This document shows, piece after piece, positions 7,195-18,867 of a stretch of 61,754 nt of DNA (its first letter is position 1; the number at the start of each line of letters is the position of its first letter). The notes under the pieces are model-generated. The model was not told the DNA's origin and made no database searches. It saw nothing but the letters and a program-made list of their open reading frames with translations. The stretch spans positions 1 through 61,754 of the forward strand of contig CAKKSP010000021.1 in NCBI GenBank assembly GCA_919902045.1, given 5' to 3'. Both the position numbers and the translations under genes were made by a program. This DNA comes from Omnitrophica bacterium GWA2_41_15 (GTDB lineage: Bacteria; Omnitrophota; Gorgyraeia; Gygaellales; Profunditerraquicolaceae).

Positions 7195-8889
7195 TCACGA
7201 TAATCCTACAACATTACCCTTACTATCCAGATCCATCTTCTCACCTGCCGGATGACTTGGAAGTCCGGGCATAGTCTGCATTGTTCCGCATAAAGGATAA
7301 AGAAAACCAGCGCCTGCCGAAAGCCTGATATCTCTTACCGGCAGCGTAAAACCGCTTGGCCTACCTTTTAAATTAGGATCATGTGATAACGAAAGATGTG
7401 TCTTTGCCATACAGATCATTAAATTCCCAAAGCCGCGCTCGGTAAAACTTTCAATCTTCTCTTCGGCAAGAGGTGCATACTCAACATCTTTTGCCCCGTA
7501 AATTTTTGTTGCAATAGTATAAATCTTATCTTTAATAGGCATATCAAGCGGATAAAGACAACTAAACTTCTTTTTCTCATCAGATGCAGCTACAACGGAT
7601 TTAGCTAGTTCTACTCCGCCCTTTGAACCCATTCGCCATAAACGGCTTTCATCACAAGCATACGCACCAAATTCAAGCGCTTTTTTACGTACAAACTCAA
7701 TCTCTTTATCGGTATCTGCGTCAAAACGATTTACCGCCACTACCACCGGAATTCCAAACTGCTTAATATTTTCAATTTGTTTAGCAAGATTTACGATTCC
7801 TTCTTCAATTGCCGGAATATTTTCAGTTAATAATCCTTCATCAAGAGGTTTACCTGCTATAATCTTAAAATGTCCGCTATGGGCTTTAAGCGCTCGGATA
7901 GAACAAACTAACACCGCCGCATCCGCAGCTAAACCACTTACGCGGCATTTAATATCAAAAAATTTCTCTGCCCCACAATCTGCTCCAAAACCTGCTTCTG
8001 TAACCACAAAATCCGAACAAGCCAAAGCAATCCGATCGGCAATAATCGAGCTATTACCATGAGCAATATTAGCAAATGGCCCGGCATGCACAAAACAAGG
8101 AGTATTTTCAATAGTCTGTATTAGATTAGGTTTGATCGCATCTTTTAAAAGCACTGCCATTGCTCCATCTACTTTTAAATCAGCAGTAGTTACGGGCCTA
8201 CCGTCGGTAGTCTCAGCAACAATAATCTTACTGATCCTTTGACGCAAATCTTTTAAATCCTTAGAAAGCGCTAAAATCGCCATGATCTCCGAAGCTACAG
8301 TAATATCAAAACCGCTATCCCGCGGTATACCGTCATTTTCTGTACCCAAGCCAATTTTTATATTACGCAAAGCCCGGTCGCTGACATCCATTACCCTGCG
8401 CCAATAAATCTTATTTAAGTCAATGCCTAGCGTATTCTTTTTAAAGATAGAGTTATCTAAAACTGCGGAAGCCAAGTTATGCGCCAGGCCAATTGCGTGC
8501 ACATCACCGGTAAAATGCAGGTTAAACTCCTCCATCGGAAGCACTTGAGAATAACCTCCGCCGGCTGCTCCCCCTTTTATTCCAAATACCGGGCCAAGAG
8601 ATGGCTGACGGATACAGGCGGAAGTAAATTTTCCGATTCTATTTAACGCCATGGATAAACCTATAGTAGTTACGGTTTTTCCTTCGCCTAAAGGCGTAGG
8701 AGTAATAGCGCTTACTAAAATGTACTTACCTCTTTTACGGGATTTTATTTCTTTTAGAATGTCGAGATCGATTTTGGCGATGGATTTGCCGTATGGAATA
8801 AGATATTTCGATTTAATTTTTAACTTGCGGGCGATTTTTTCAATTGGGAAGGTTTTAGCTTTCTGTGCGATTTGGATATCAGACAACAT
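7195..8889 (-). CDS. fhs: formate--tetrahydrofolate ligase
   Basis: 564 aa with the P-loop-like TPTPLGEGKTVTTIGL motif and conserved FTHFS blocks (PSLGPVFGIKGGAAGGGY, GPFANIAHGNSS). Confidence 0.95.
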   Translation of the reverse strand: MLSDIQIAQKAKTFPIEKIARKLKIKSKYLIPYGKSIAKIDLDILKEIKSRKRGKYILVSAITPTPLGEGKTVTTIGLSMALNRIGKFTSACIRQPSLGPVFGIKGGAAGGGYSQVLPMEEFNLHFTGDVHAIGLAHNLASAVLDNSIFKKNTLGIDLNKIYWRRVMDVSDRALRNIKIGLGTENDGIPRDSGFDITVASEIMAILALSKDLKDLRQRISKIIVAETTDGRPVTTADLKVDGAMAVLLKDAIKPNLIQTIENTPCFVHAGPFANIAHGNSSIIADRIALACSDFVVTEAGFGADCGAEKFFDIKCRVSGLAADAAVLVCSIRALKAHSGHFKIIAGKPLDEGLLTENIPAIEEGIVNLAKQIENIKQFGIPVVVAVNRFDADTDKEIEFVRKKALEFGAYACDESRLWRMGSKGGVELAKSVVAASDEKKKFSCLYPLDMPIKDKIYTIATKIYGAKDVEYAPLAEEKIESFTERGFGNLMICMAKTHLSLSHDPNLKGRPSGFTLPVRDIRLSAGAGFLYPLCGTMQTMPGLPSHPAGEKMDLDSKGNVVGLS

Positions 8890-8903
8890 ATCTTTTTCCC
8901 TCG

Positions 8904-9269
8904 CTAGATAGGCGAATCAAATGCGTTTTTGATAACCCTTATCGGCTCAACCTGATTAACTTCAATGCAAACAACATCAAAACGACAGTTACAATCTAAT
9001 TTTTTCTGTGACTTCAGGTAACACAAAGCCACTTTCGCAATATGGCGTTGTTTTACCGCATTAACTGCATCTTCAGGCAAGCCAAAATTACGGCTTGAGC
9101 GCGATTTTACCTCAATAAAACAAATTATTCCGCGATCTTCTGCGATTATATCTATTTCACCTAAGCGCGTACGATAATTACGCTTCAGAATCTTGTAACC
9201 TAAATTGCTTAAAAACCGCGCTGCTTCTTCTTCATGAAGGCTGCCCTTACTACGCGTGTGCAAGGCCAT
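8904..9269 (-). CDS. yraN: YraN family (UPF0102) endonuclease-like protein
   Basis: 121 aa. GEIDIIA...FIEVK matches the YraN/PD-(D/E)xK pattern. The yraN-rnhB-rplS-trmD neighbourhood is conserved. Confidence 0.8.
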   Translation of the reverse strand: MALHTRSKGSLHEEEAARFLSNLGYKILKRNYRTRLGEIDIIAEDRGIICFIEVKSRSSRNFGLPEDAVNAVKQRHIAKVALCYLKSQKKLDCNCRFDVVCIEVNQVEPIRVIKNAFDSPI

Positions 9270-9873
9270 TCAAGAAACTTCTACGATGAATTATAGAAAC
9301 ACCGTATTTAATTAAATTTTGGCGATGCAAAAGAGTACCGTACCCTTTATGCCGTCTAAAGCCCCATTGCGGAAAAGCCTTATCGTAAATCTCCATGATC
9401 CTGTCTCGCGTAACTTTAGCCACGATAGAAGCAGCGGCAATAGATTTTGAAAGAGCATCACCATCAATAATAAAACTCTTATCTGCTTCTATTTTTACAG
9501 GAACTTTACCGTCAATTAGTATATGAAACTTTTTTCCTAAAATTTGAGGATATTTAGAAAGCAGGCTGCTAACTGCTATCTCCATCGCTCGCGCAGTCGC
9601 CTGTAGAATATTAATCCGGTCAATTACAGTTTCACTTACCAAGCCTACCCCAAAAGGACAAGCTTTAGTAATAGCAAGATATGCAACTTCGCGATTTGCA
9701 GAGCTTAATTTCTTGGAATCATCAATCCGGCAGGAATCTTTAAAATTTCCCAAAACTACGGCTGCGGCAACCACAGGCCCAGCTAAAGGGCCACGGCCCG
9801 CCTCATCAATACCAATGATAAAATCGTAACCTTGTTTCCGAAGTTTATGTTCAAAACTTAATGTTGCGTGCAC
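9250..9873 (-). CDS. rnhB: ribonuclease HII
   Basis: GIDEAGRGPLAGPVVAAAV and DSKKLS motifs; 207 aa. Confidence 0.9.
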   Translation of the reverse strand: MHATLSFEHKLRKQGYDFIIGIDEAGRGPLAGPVVAAAVVLGNFKDSCRIDDSKKLSSANREVAYLAITKACPFGVGLVSETVIDRINILQATARAMEIAVSSLLSKYPQILGKKFHILIDGKVPVKIEADKSFIIDGDALSKSIAAASIVAKVTRDRIMEIYDKAFPQWGFRRHKGYGTLLHRQNLIKYGVSIIHRRSFLNGLAHA

Positions 9874-9899
9874 AAAGACACCTGCTTGCAGGTTAAGTT

Positions 9900-10267
9900 T
9901 TAGGCTTTTACTTCTTCTTCCCGTGCTACGCCGGTCTCGATTTTAGTAGCGCGTTTTCCGATTCTACCGCGAAGATAATACAATTTTGCGCGTTTTACTT
10001 TTCCCGTATGTATCACTTCAATACGCTCAATGCTCGGAGAATGCGCCATAAATACGCGCTCTATTCCTTCTCCGTAAGAAACCTTGCGCACGGTAAAATT
10101 AACATCTACACCGTTACCGCACTTAGAAATAACCACGCCTTCAAAAGGATGCAATCTTACCTTGTCTCCTTCCGGAATACGGGTAAAAACCTTAACGGTA
10201 TCTCCCACACCAAAAGCAGGAATTCCTTTTTTTAGATTAGCCTGTTGAACTATTTTTAATTTGTCCA

Positions 10268-10268
<1 letters not shown>
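9900..10268 (-). CDS. rplS: 50S ribosomal protein L19
   Basis: 122 aa with FGVGDTVKV...EGDKVRLHPFEGVVI...GIERVF..HSP.IE.IEV, a classic L19 sequence. Confidence 0.95.
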
Positions 10269-12179
<1,911 letters not shown>

Positions 12180-12182
12180 TTA

Positions 12183-14051
12183 TTAGTAGTTAATTTTATA
12201 AACTAAAATTCTTCCTGCGCCGTGTTGCATCTTTTTTTCATAAAACAGCTTAAAATGCTTTAAACCGCTTCCTTCCAGGTAATAAAGACGCGTAAGCAAA
12301 GATTGCACAAGTTTTACATGGGCGACAACCATCCTATATTTATCTTCATCTTTATTTTTAATTAAAATAGCGGCGATATTTTGATCGCCATTAACTAACT
12401 GCTCTCTTGTATTGCCATCTTGATAATAGATAATCTTCCCCGGTAAAATCCAGGCATTACTTCGGTAATCATAGAAATAAGTTTCAAAGGTAGCAGGATC
12501 TACCCATAAACTTTTATCAAAAAATATCAAGCCATCCATTCCTTTGGATCCCTGCGATTCTCCATAAAAAGGCAGTCCCGGAAAAAATTTAGAATCATCC
12601 TTTATGCTATAATTATAAATGCTGCTAAGCGAATCTATAAACGTTTTATCAATCATCAAATAAACCGGCCTTAGTCGGTTTTGCCCTGGATTTAACAGTT
12701 TTATAATTTTAACTGCTTCCTCTTCATCGCTTGAACATAAAACCTTGGCTAACTGATGGGATTCGGAGGAATTATTCATGTCTGCGTCTAAAATAACCCC
12801 CCTTCCAGAATAAGTTTTTATCCAGCCACCGAAATTCCACCAAGAATAAATAACAGCATCTTTTTCAGTATTTATTTTAATTTTAGAAAAAACATCCGCA
12901 AAGTCATTATTCATCAAAGGAAGAAGCGCACTAGAAAAATTAAAACCTCTGGTTAAAAACAACGGGACAACTAAAATACAAATTAACAGAAAAATAACTT
13001 CTTTCTTAAATAAAACAGTTTTTTTATACTGATTCAAAAATCTTTCAAGAAAATAAACTCCTTTTTCTAAAATTAAACCAACTATTAGAGTTACCGGTAA
13101 AACTAATAACATATTAAATTTTTCTGTATATTTTGATAATAAAAAAACAATAATAATCCATAAAGAAAACAATAGCCCGATAAATTTTTTTCCTCCTCTG
13201 TCTTCTCCCCTGCTAAACAAAACTAACCTTATGCAAAAGAAAGAAGAAATAAGCAATACCGCTTGCCCTCCTAAAGAAAAAATTAACTCATTAAGAAAAA
13301 ATACGTTAGGATTATCTGCCTTGCCAGCAAACTTTAACCACCCCAGAATAGGCATTAAAAGGCTTTTTGTTCCTAAAAAAATTGCCACGAATAAAAATGA
13401 GGTTGTAAAAAATATTAAAGACACATTAAGAAATACTCTAAAGTTAACATTAAAATCGTTATCTTCTTTACGGGAAAACAAAATCAACAAATACAAGAAT
13501 AACGTAACTAAAATTAAATCTAATAAAATCCACCAGACCTCAGAAATAAAAGAAAATAAACCAATAGAAATTCCTGCGCCTATAATTAATATAGTTCTGC
13601 CAATTGTCGTTAAACGCGTGTTAAAACTTAAAAAAATCAGGTAAGTTATAAGTAAAGAAAAGAAAATATTATACGGCTCAAGGCCTGCCCAACCAACTGT
13701 AGTTTTACTTAAAACCACAGGAACAGACCAAAATGTAAGAATTACAAAAAAACCACCGATATTTATACCCCCCATACCTAAGGTTTGTAAAAAATAAAAA
13801 AGTAATACTAACGTCAGGGCCATTATAAAAAGCGGCAAGTAATACGCAACCTTAACGGGTAATTGATAACCTTCGTATCCTAAAATATAGGCATCTTTTT
13901 TTTCATCCTGCCAGTAAGACTTCGTAGTTTTTTTCTGATCATCAGAAAAACTATCTGCAGAAAGCAAAAAAGCAGGCAAAATTCTTAAAAACAAACTTAC
14001 TGCTAAAGCAACAACTAACAAGATAAAATTTACTTTTTTAATTCTAAACAT
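12183..14051 (-). CDS. polytopic membrane protein, degenerate STT3/PglB-like oligosaccharyltransferase paralog
   Basis: 622 aa and multi-TM. It shares the SYWQD block and overall layout with the adjacent 855-aa protein. Its catalytic motifs are altered: WWNFG instead of WWDxG, SKTTVGWAGLEPY instead of SRSxxGxxDxD, and no DPY in the first loop. Confidence 0.5.
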   Translation of the reverse strand: MFRIKKVNFILLVVALAVSLFLRILPAFLLSADSFSDDQKKTTKSYWQDEKKDAYILGYEGYQLPVKVAYYLPLFIMALTLVLLFYFLQTLGMGGINIGGFFVILTFWSVPVVLSKTTVGWAGLEPYNIFFSLLITYLIFLSFNTRLTTIGRTILIIGAGISIGLFSFISEVWWILLDLILVTLFLYLLILFSRKEDNDFNVNFRVFLNVSLIFFTTSFLFVAIFLGTKSLLMPILGWLKFAGKADNPNVFFLNELIFSLGGQAVLLISSFFCIRLVLFSRGEDRGGKKFIGLLFSLWIIIVFLLSKYTEKFNMLLVLPVTLIVGLILEKGVYFLERFLNQYKKTVLFKKEVIFLLICILVVPLFLTRGFNFSSALLPLMNNDFADVFSKIKINTEKDAVIYSWWNFGGWIKTYSGRGVILDADMNNSSESHQLAKVLCSSDEEEAVKIIKLLNPGQNRLRPVYLMIDKTFIDSLSSIYNYSIKDDSKFFPGLPFYGESQGSKGMDGLIFFDKSLWVDPATFETYFYDYRSNAWILPGKIIYYQDGNTREQLVNGDQNIAAILIKNKDEDKYRMVVAHVKLVQSLLTRLYYLEGSGLKHFKLFYEKKMQHGAGRILVYKINY

Positions 14052-14062
14052 AAAACTCCTTT

Positions 14063-16630
14063 TTATTTCCAGTCTATAGAATAAAGCTTATAAAAGAGCC
14101 AGTCATTATCTTTTAATTTTTCTTTAATAAAAATTTTGTAGTATTTTAATCCTTCACCGTTAAAAAAATACAGCTTAGTAAAAACAGAATCTGCTGCCAA
14201 TTCGTCTAAATAGACCAGAAGATATTTATCTTTTCCATCATTTTTCACAAGTACTACGGAAAAATCTACAGTATTTTCTAAAAATTTCTTTTCTTTTATC
14301 GTGCCATCTTCCAGATATATTAAGCTCTTGGGATATTTCCAACTACGACTTTTTCCGTCATAGCAATAAACATTTTTCTTGTCCAAATCCGCCCAACATC
14401 CATTAGAAAAAAATATTTTGTTTGACTCCCTGCGTATCTGAGCCTGCTCTGCGTACGTACTAAAAACTTTCGAAATCCACAACGAAGCTTTATCCGGGTT
14501 AAAAGACAACAACTCCTTATGCAGGCCAGACGCATCCTTAAAAGAATAGCCATACTTACTCTGTAGTATCCTGATGAAATCAATGGTTTTATCTTTTTTA
14601 AACTCTTCATAAATTTCAGCCTTTTTGAAATTCCAATTACCTAAAAATGATATCGCATTAAGTTTAGACGCTAAAGTCGGGTCAAATAAAAAATAGGCTT
14701 TTTTTGGATTATGAGTGCTGAGAATAATTTTATCTATTTGATCGGTTTTTGTTAAATATTTTGTAAGGAACTTGCGGGCAGAATCCTTATCAAGTAAAAT
14801 TATATCACTTAAGATTTCAAGGCTTTTACGCTTATCAAATCCTAAGCTACAAAGATCCTCGAAAGCCATGTTAGAGCCAGAGTTAAGCATGCGCAATATC
14901 CCATAAGACTCCTGCTCATCTCTAGCCAACATCGCCCTGCCCATCCAATAAGCAATAGGTGTATTCTGCGTTGCGCCATCAAATATTACAGGCCTATCCG
15001 CTATAGCTTTAAATAAATGCCCAAAATCCCACCAACTATTGATAATTGAGCCCTGCGGAGTACTTGCTTTTATCTTTATAAGAAAACTCTCGAAATCCCT
15101 GTGCATCATTGGAACAACTCTACTGCTGTAAATATAAGCATTTCCCCAGAATAAAAAAACCATCGTCATAAATAAGATAATCATTAAAACAATTTTTTTA
15201 TTAATTTCATTAAACCGTTTGATTTTAAGTCCGCTCAGAAAATAATATATCTTTTCAAGGCCTAAGCCAAACGATATGGAAATTGGCATTACAAGCATAA
15301 TTTCGAATCTCGCAGCTGATTGGGAAACTAACAAAAATACAAAAATCCAGACAACAAACAACATTACCGCAAATTGGCGGTGTAAATCAGCATCCGAACT
15401 TTTTTTAAAAATCGTAAGAAACAGATACCACAGGCTGACAAAAAGCAACAACATCCCGCCTGTCCCATTTATAATTGAGACAAAAGGCATTTTTCTTAAT
15501 TCTTGCACGGTGAGAAACGTATTCGGCCAAAAATTATTAATAGTTAAATTTTTAGTGTAAAATAAATTAATTAACCCGACAAAGAAATTTTTGAATACAC
15601 CCCAGCCAGAGATTAAACAAACTAAAACAGACGAAAATAGAATAAAAATCAGGAATGATTTTACAGGCTCCAGGACTTCTATTCTTTTATCGGTTTTATT
15701 ATTCATGTATAAATTAAGCAAATAATACAGGCCGGAAAAAATTAAAATATCGAAAATATACCACCAGCCATCCCAGGTAAAAGAAAAAAGCGCTATACTA
15801 ATCCCGGTTAAAAAAGCAAATAATATCTTTCTTTTTAATGAAAAACCCGGATTTATGCTTAAATAAAATAACCAAACTGTCAATAAGGAGAATAAAATCA
15901 CGTAGGGGTCAGTATCAAACCATCCTGCCATGCTCCTGCTAAGTAAAATAGGGGATAACCACAAAGTTATACTTGCAAAAAAACCGGCGATATTAAGATG
16001 ATTTTTACTGATACTGGAGCATAAATAAAACAATATAACCAATAAAAAAGCGGTAATTAGCACCGGTAAATAAAAAACTACACTTATCAAAGATACTCCG
16101 GGAACTAACAACCGAATAAACTTATAAATATAAGCGCTAAGGTAGACATGAAAATTTTTATGCATGCTCACTCTAGCCTGGAATCCCTTAGGTGCTAGCA
16201 TATAATCATCATAATAAATTTTATTTTTACTGCTTGTTTCTATTTTTCCGGTTTGGACTAAATTCCTGGTCAATCTAAACCAATGGTAGGGGTCAATTTC
16301 AAGCAAATACGTCTGGCCGCGATCATCTTGCCAATAAGACTTAAATTCTTTTTGTTTATTTACAACCAAATCTTTAATTTTATTTTTTTCGTTCTTTTTC
16401 TTATCATCTAAGATTTTTTGCACTAATATATTTTTCTCATCCAAAGAAACTAAACTATCGCTGCTATTACTTACTTTATTGTAAGCATCTAAAAACAGCT
16501 CTTGATTAACTTTACCAACCGCCATATCTTTTGTAAACGGCAGCCAACCAGGCAGTATTCTAAAACCAATATTCACAACAAGAATTACTGCCAGAAAAAC
16601 TAAATTTATATGTTTTGTTTTAAGTTTCAT
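14063..16630 (-). CDS. STT3/PglB/AglB-family oligosaccharyltransferase-like membrane protein
   Basis: 855 aa, more than 10 predicted TM segments plus a C-terminal soluble domain. By eye it has EIDPYHWFR (compare STT3 EFDPYFNYR), SRSMAGWFDTDPY (compare SRSVAGSYDNE), TVQELR (an EL5 TIxE/SVSE-like motif) and WWDFG (the WWDYG motif). Confidence 0.7.
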   Translation of the reverse strand: MKLKTKHINLVFLAVILVVNIGFRILPGWLPFTKDMAVGKVNQELFLDAYNKVSNSSDSLVSLDEKNILVQKILDDKKKNEKNKIKDLVVNKQKEFKSYWQDDRGQTYLLEIDPYHWFRLTRNLVQTGKIETSSKNKIYYDDYMLAPKGFQARVSMHKNFHVYLSAYIYKFIRLLVPGVSLISVVFYLPVLITAFLLVILFYLCSSISKNHLNIAGFFASITLWLSPILLSRSMAGWFDTDPYVILFSLLTVWLFYLSINPGFSLKRKILFAFLTGISIALFSFTWDGWWYIFDILIFSGLYYLLNLYMNNKTDKRIEVLEPVKSFLIFILFSSVLVCLISGWGVFKNFFVGLINLFYTKNLTINNFWPNTFLTVQELRKMPFVSIINGTGGMLLLFVSLWYLFLTIFKKSSDADLHRQFAVMLFVVWIFVFLLVSQSAARFEIMLVMPISISFGLGLEKIYYFLSGLKIKRFNEINKKIVLMIILFMTMVFLFWGNAYIYSSRVVPMMHRDFESFLIKIKASTPQGSIINSWWDFGHLFKAIADRPVIFDGATQNTPIAYWMGRAMLARDEQESYGILRMLNSGSNMAFEDLCSLGFDKRKSLEILSDIILLDKDSARKFLTKYLTKTDQIDKIILSTHNPKKAYFLFDPTLASKLNAISFLGNWNFKKAEIYEEFKKDKTIDFIRILQSKYGYSFKDASGLHKELLSFNPDKASLWISKVFSTYAEQAQIRRESNKIFFSNGCWADLDKKNVYCYDGKSRSWKYPKSLIYLEDGTIKEKKFLENTVDFSVVLVKNDGKDKYLLVYLDELAADSVFTKLYFFNGEGLKYYKIFIKEKLKDNDWLFYKLYSIDWK

Positions 16631-17616
16631 GTTAAAAACATGGCATCGCCATAGCTATAAAACCGGTATTTTTCATCAATCGCTTTCTTATAAGCTTCCC
16701 GCATAAGTTCCATCCCGCCAAAAGCAGAAACCAACATAAGAAGTGTGGTGCGCGGCAGGTGAAAATTAGTAATAAGCGCATCGGTAAACCTAAATTTATA
16801 TCCCGGATAAATAAAAATTTCTGTAGATCCGGAAGCCTTACCTTCTGCGAAGCTCTCAAGAACACGGCAAGCAGTTGTACCTACGGCAATAACCCTGCCG
16901 CCATTATTCTTAGTGCGGATAATTTTTTCTTCTGCATCCTTACTGATGAAAAAATCTTCCGCTTCCATACGATGGCACATTATATCTTCATCCTTTACCG
17001 GCTTAAATGTGCCCCATCCGACATGTAAAGTTACAAAAGCAACCTGAACACCATTTTTTTTTATTTTTTCAAGAAGGCCGGTAGTAAAATGTAACCCTGC
17101 GGTAGGAGAAGCCACAGCGCCTTCTATCTTAGAATAAACAGTCTGATAATCAAGATCGTCAGTTTCACAAGCAGGACGCTTAATATACGGCGGTAAGGGA
17201 ATAACCGCGTACTTACGAATAAGTTCTAAATCTGAGCTAGAAAATGATATTTTATTTTTTCCTACAATTTTAGCAGAAAGAGCTCCCTCGTTAAAAAATA
17301 TCTCCTCTTTCTCTTTTAACCTTCCCGGCCTCAATAATGCTTCAAAAACAGGGCCTTTTTCCTGCTTAAGTAAAAAAACTTCTACCTTACCTCCGCTTTT
17401 ACGCCGGCCAAAAAGCCTACACTTAACCACCTTCGTATCATTAAGCACCAGGAGATCTCCCGGACGCAGATATTCTAGTATATTACTAAAAATATCCTGG
17501 TTTAAATCTCTATTTAAACGATTTACTACCAGAAGCCTTGCCGCATCGCGCTCTTTAAGCGGATGCTGAGCAATCAGTTCCTTAGGCAAATTATAATCGA
17601 AGTCAGATAGTTTCAT
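16627..17616 (-). CDS. queA: tRNA preQ1(34) S-adenosylmethionine ribosyltransferase-isomerase
   Basis: MKLSDFDYNLPKELIAQHP, PLPPYI, TAGLHFT, VTLHVGWGTF. Start trimmed to ATG 17614-17616; the MSLKRRL extension derives from a repeat arm. Confidence 0.95.
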   Translation of the reverse strand: MKLSDFDYNLPKELIAQHPLKERDAARLLVVNRLNRDLNQDIFSNILEYLRPGDLLVLNDTKVVKCRLFGRRKSGGKVEVFLLKQEKGPVFEALLRPGRLKEKEEIFFNEGALSAKIVGKNKISFSSSDLELIRKYAVIPLPPYIKRPACETDDLDYQTVYSKIEGAVASPTAGLHFTTGLLEKIKKNGVQVAFVTLHVGWGTFKPVKDEDIMCHRMEAEDFFISKDAEEKIIRTKNNGGRVIAVGTTACRVLESFAEGKASGSTEIFIYPGYKFRFTDALITNFHLPRTTLLMLVSAFGGMELMREAYKKAIDEKYRFYSYGDAMFLT

Positions 17617-17629
17617 AAGTCGTCTTTTT

Positions 17630-17708
17630 AGGGACACTTCTTACAGGGACATCTCTTGACAGGCAAATTACTTGTTAAGAGATGTCCCTAACGTTAAGAA
17701 GTGTCCCT
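17630..17708. repeat. nested double-palindrome intergenic repeat (about 79 bp)
   Basis: Outer arms AGGGACACTTCTTA / TAAGAAGTGTCCCT. Inner arms AGGGACATCTCTT / AAGAGATGTCCCT. Nearly identical to 46735-46814, differing by one indel. Confidence 0.9.
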
Positions 17709-17734
17709 GACACTCAATACGCCGTACTAATTTA

Positions 17735-18865
17735 TTATTTTAAATTTGTAATCTCCGCGCCCGGATAATAATATTGTAAAATCTTGTGATAATCAAACCC
17801 GGCTTTCGCTTGAAAATATGCTCCCCACTGGCACATTCCCACTCCATGGCCCCAGCCTACACCTTCAAAAACAGCATCTTTTCCCACTACCTCTACGGTA
17901 AGATGAAGGCTCTTTATATAATTCGGCCCAAGTGCCGCACGCAGATTTTTAGCAGAAATATCTACGGGGTTACCTTCGCTTGTAATCCGTAAATTAGCGG
18001 CTCTAGAGGAAGCAGTTTTATCTAATATAGCCATAGATTCAATAGGGCCTGTTTTAATTCCGTAATCAAGAAGCTTTTCTCTAATTTTACGCAGAGAAAA
18101 ACTCGCTTGCCAATAATAATGCGGAGAGTTTGTGCAATAATTACAAACTACTCCTTTTAACGGCGCTATATCTATACTCCATAGAACCGAGGCATCTTCA
18201 GTATGGCCTCCGCAACAGGCATGGTAATAAGTAGGAAACCCCTGGCCGTTAAAATCTAAAACTTGTCCACGCGTCTCTCCAACTGCTTTGTTGGTACGAT
18301 AACGCTCAGAAGTTTTCCCGCCGTAAACTTGCGAATAAATATCTGCGGTGAGATCATAATCTTTATTTACAGGGTAATTGACCTGATAAACGGCATAACT
18401 TCTACTTACCACTGCTTGAGCCTTCAGGGCCTCAAACGGCCAATAATGCGAAACTTCATGATATAATATGCCTTTAATATAATCTTCAAGACCCAGATGA
18501 TTTACAGCTAAAAGCTTACCCGATGTTTGCAAAATAAACTCTATATCCCCTCTAAAATAACGATTATCAAGAGCTAACGAACTTAAATTAGCATCAGTAC
18601 GAATTCGCAGGCGCTTAATAGGAAAAAATTTTCCTCCTACAAAAATACCTCCTTCCCCAATAGCAACCGCGCTATTTAGATCTTTACCGCGCAAAAGAAT
18701 ACGTTCGGCTTGTGTATCTTCTATTTCATATAGACCTCGAATTTTAAGTTGAACGGAAGAAAAATCGCGATTTACCGCAATCCTTACCTGGCTAGATTCT
18801 TGAGCATAAAGATTGACTAATAATCCGATGCTACAGAAAAAAATTACCAGAAAAAATTTTCGCAT
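17735..18865 (-). CDS. SpoIID/LytB domain-containing protein (peptidoglycan-remodelling amidase enhancer family)
   Basis: Signal peptide. Motifs LEDYIKGILYHEV, ALKAQAVVSRSYA, CCGGHTE, WGHGVGMCQWGA. Confidence 0.8.
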   Translation of the reverse strand: MRKFFLVIFFCSIGLLVNLYAQESSQVRIAVNRDFSSVQLKIRGLYEIEDTQAERILLRGKDLNSAVAIGEGGIFVGGKFFPIKRLRIRTDANLSSLALDNRYFRGDIEFILQTSGKLLAVNHLGLEDYIKGILYHEVSHYWPFEALKAQAVVSRSYAVYQVNYPVNKDYDLTADIYSQVYGGKTSERYRTNKAVGETRGQVLDFNGQGFPTYYHACCGGHTEDASVLWSIDIAPLKGVVCNYCTNSPHYYWQASFSLRKIREKLLDYGIKTGPIESMAILDKTASSRAANLRITSEGNPVDISAKNLRAALGPNYIKSLHLTVEVVGKDAVFEGVGWGHGVGMCQWGAYFQAKAGFDYHKILQYYYPGAEITNLK

Positions 18866-18867
18866 AC

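Noticed and set aside
14320-14610. Small minus-strand ORFs nested out of frame in larger genes (also 16632-16865, 20069-20257, 27665-27865, 37713-37913)
   Set aside because: They are fully contained in longer ORFs with clear homology-type motifs and have no independent evidence.
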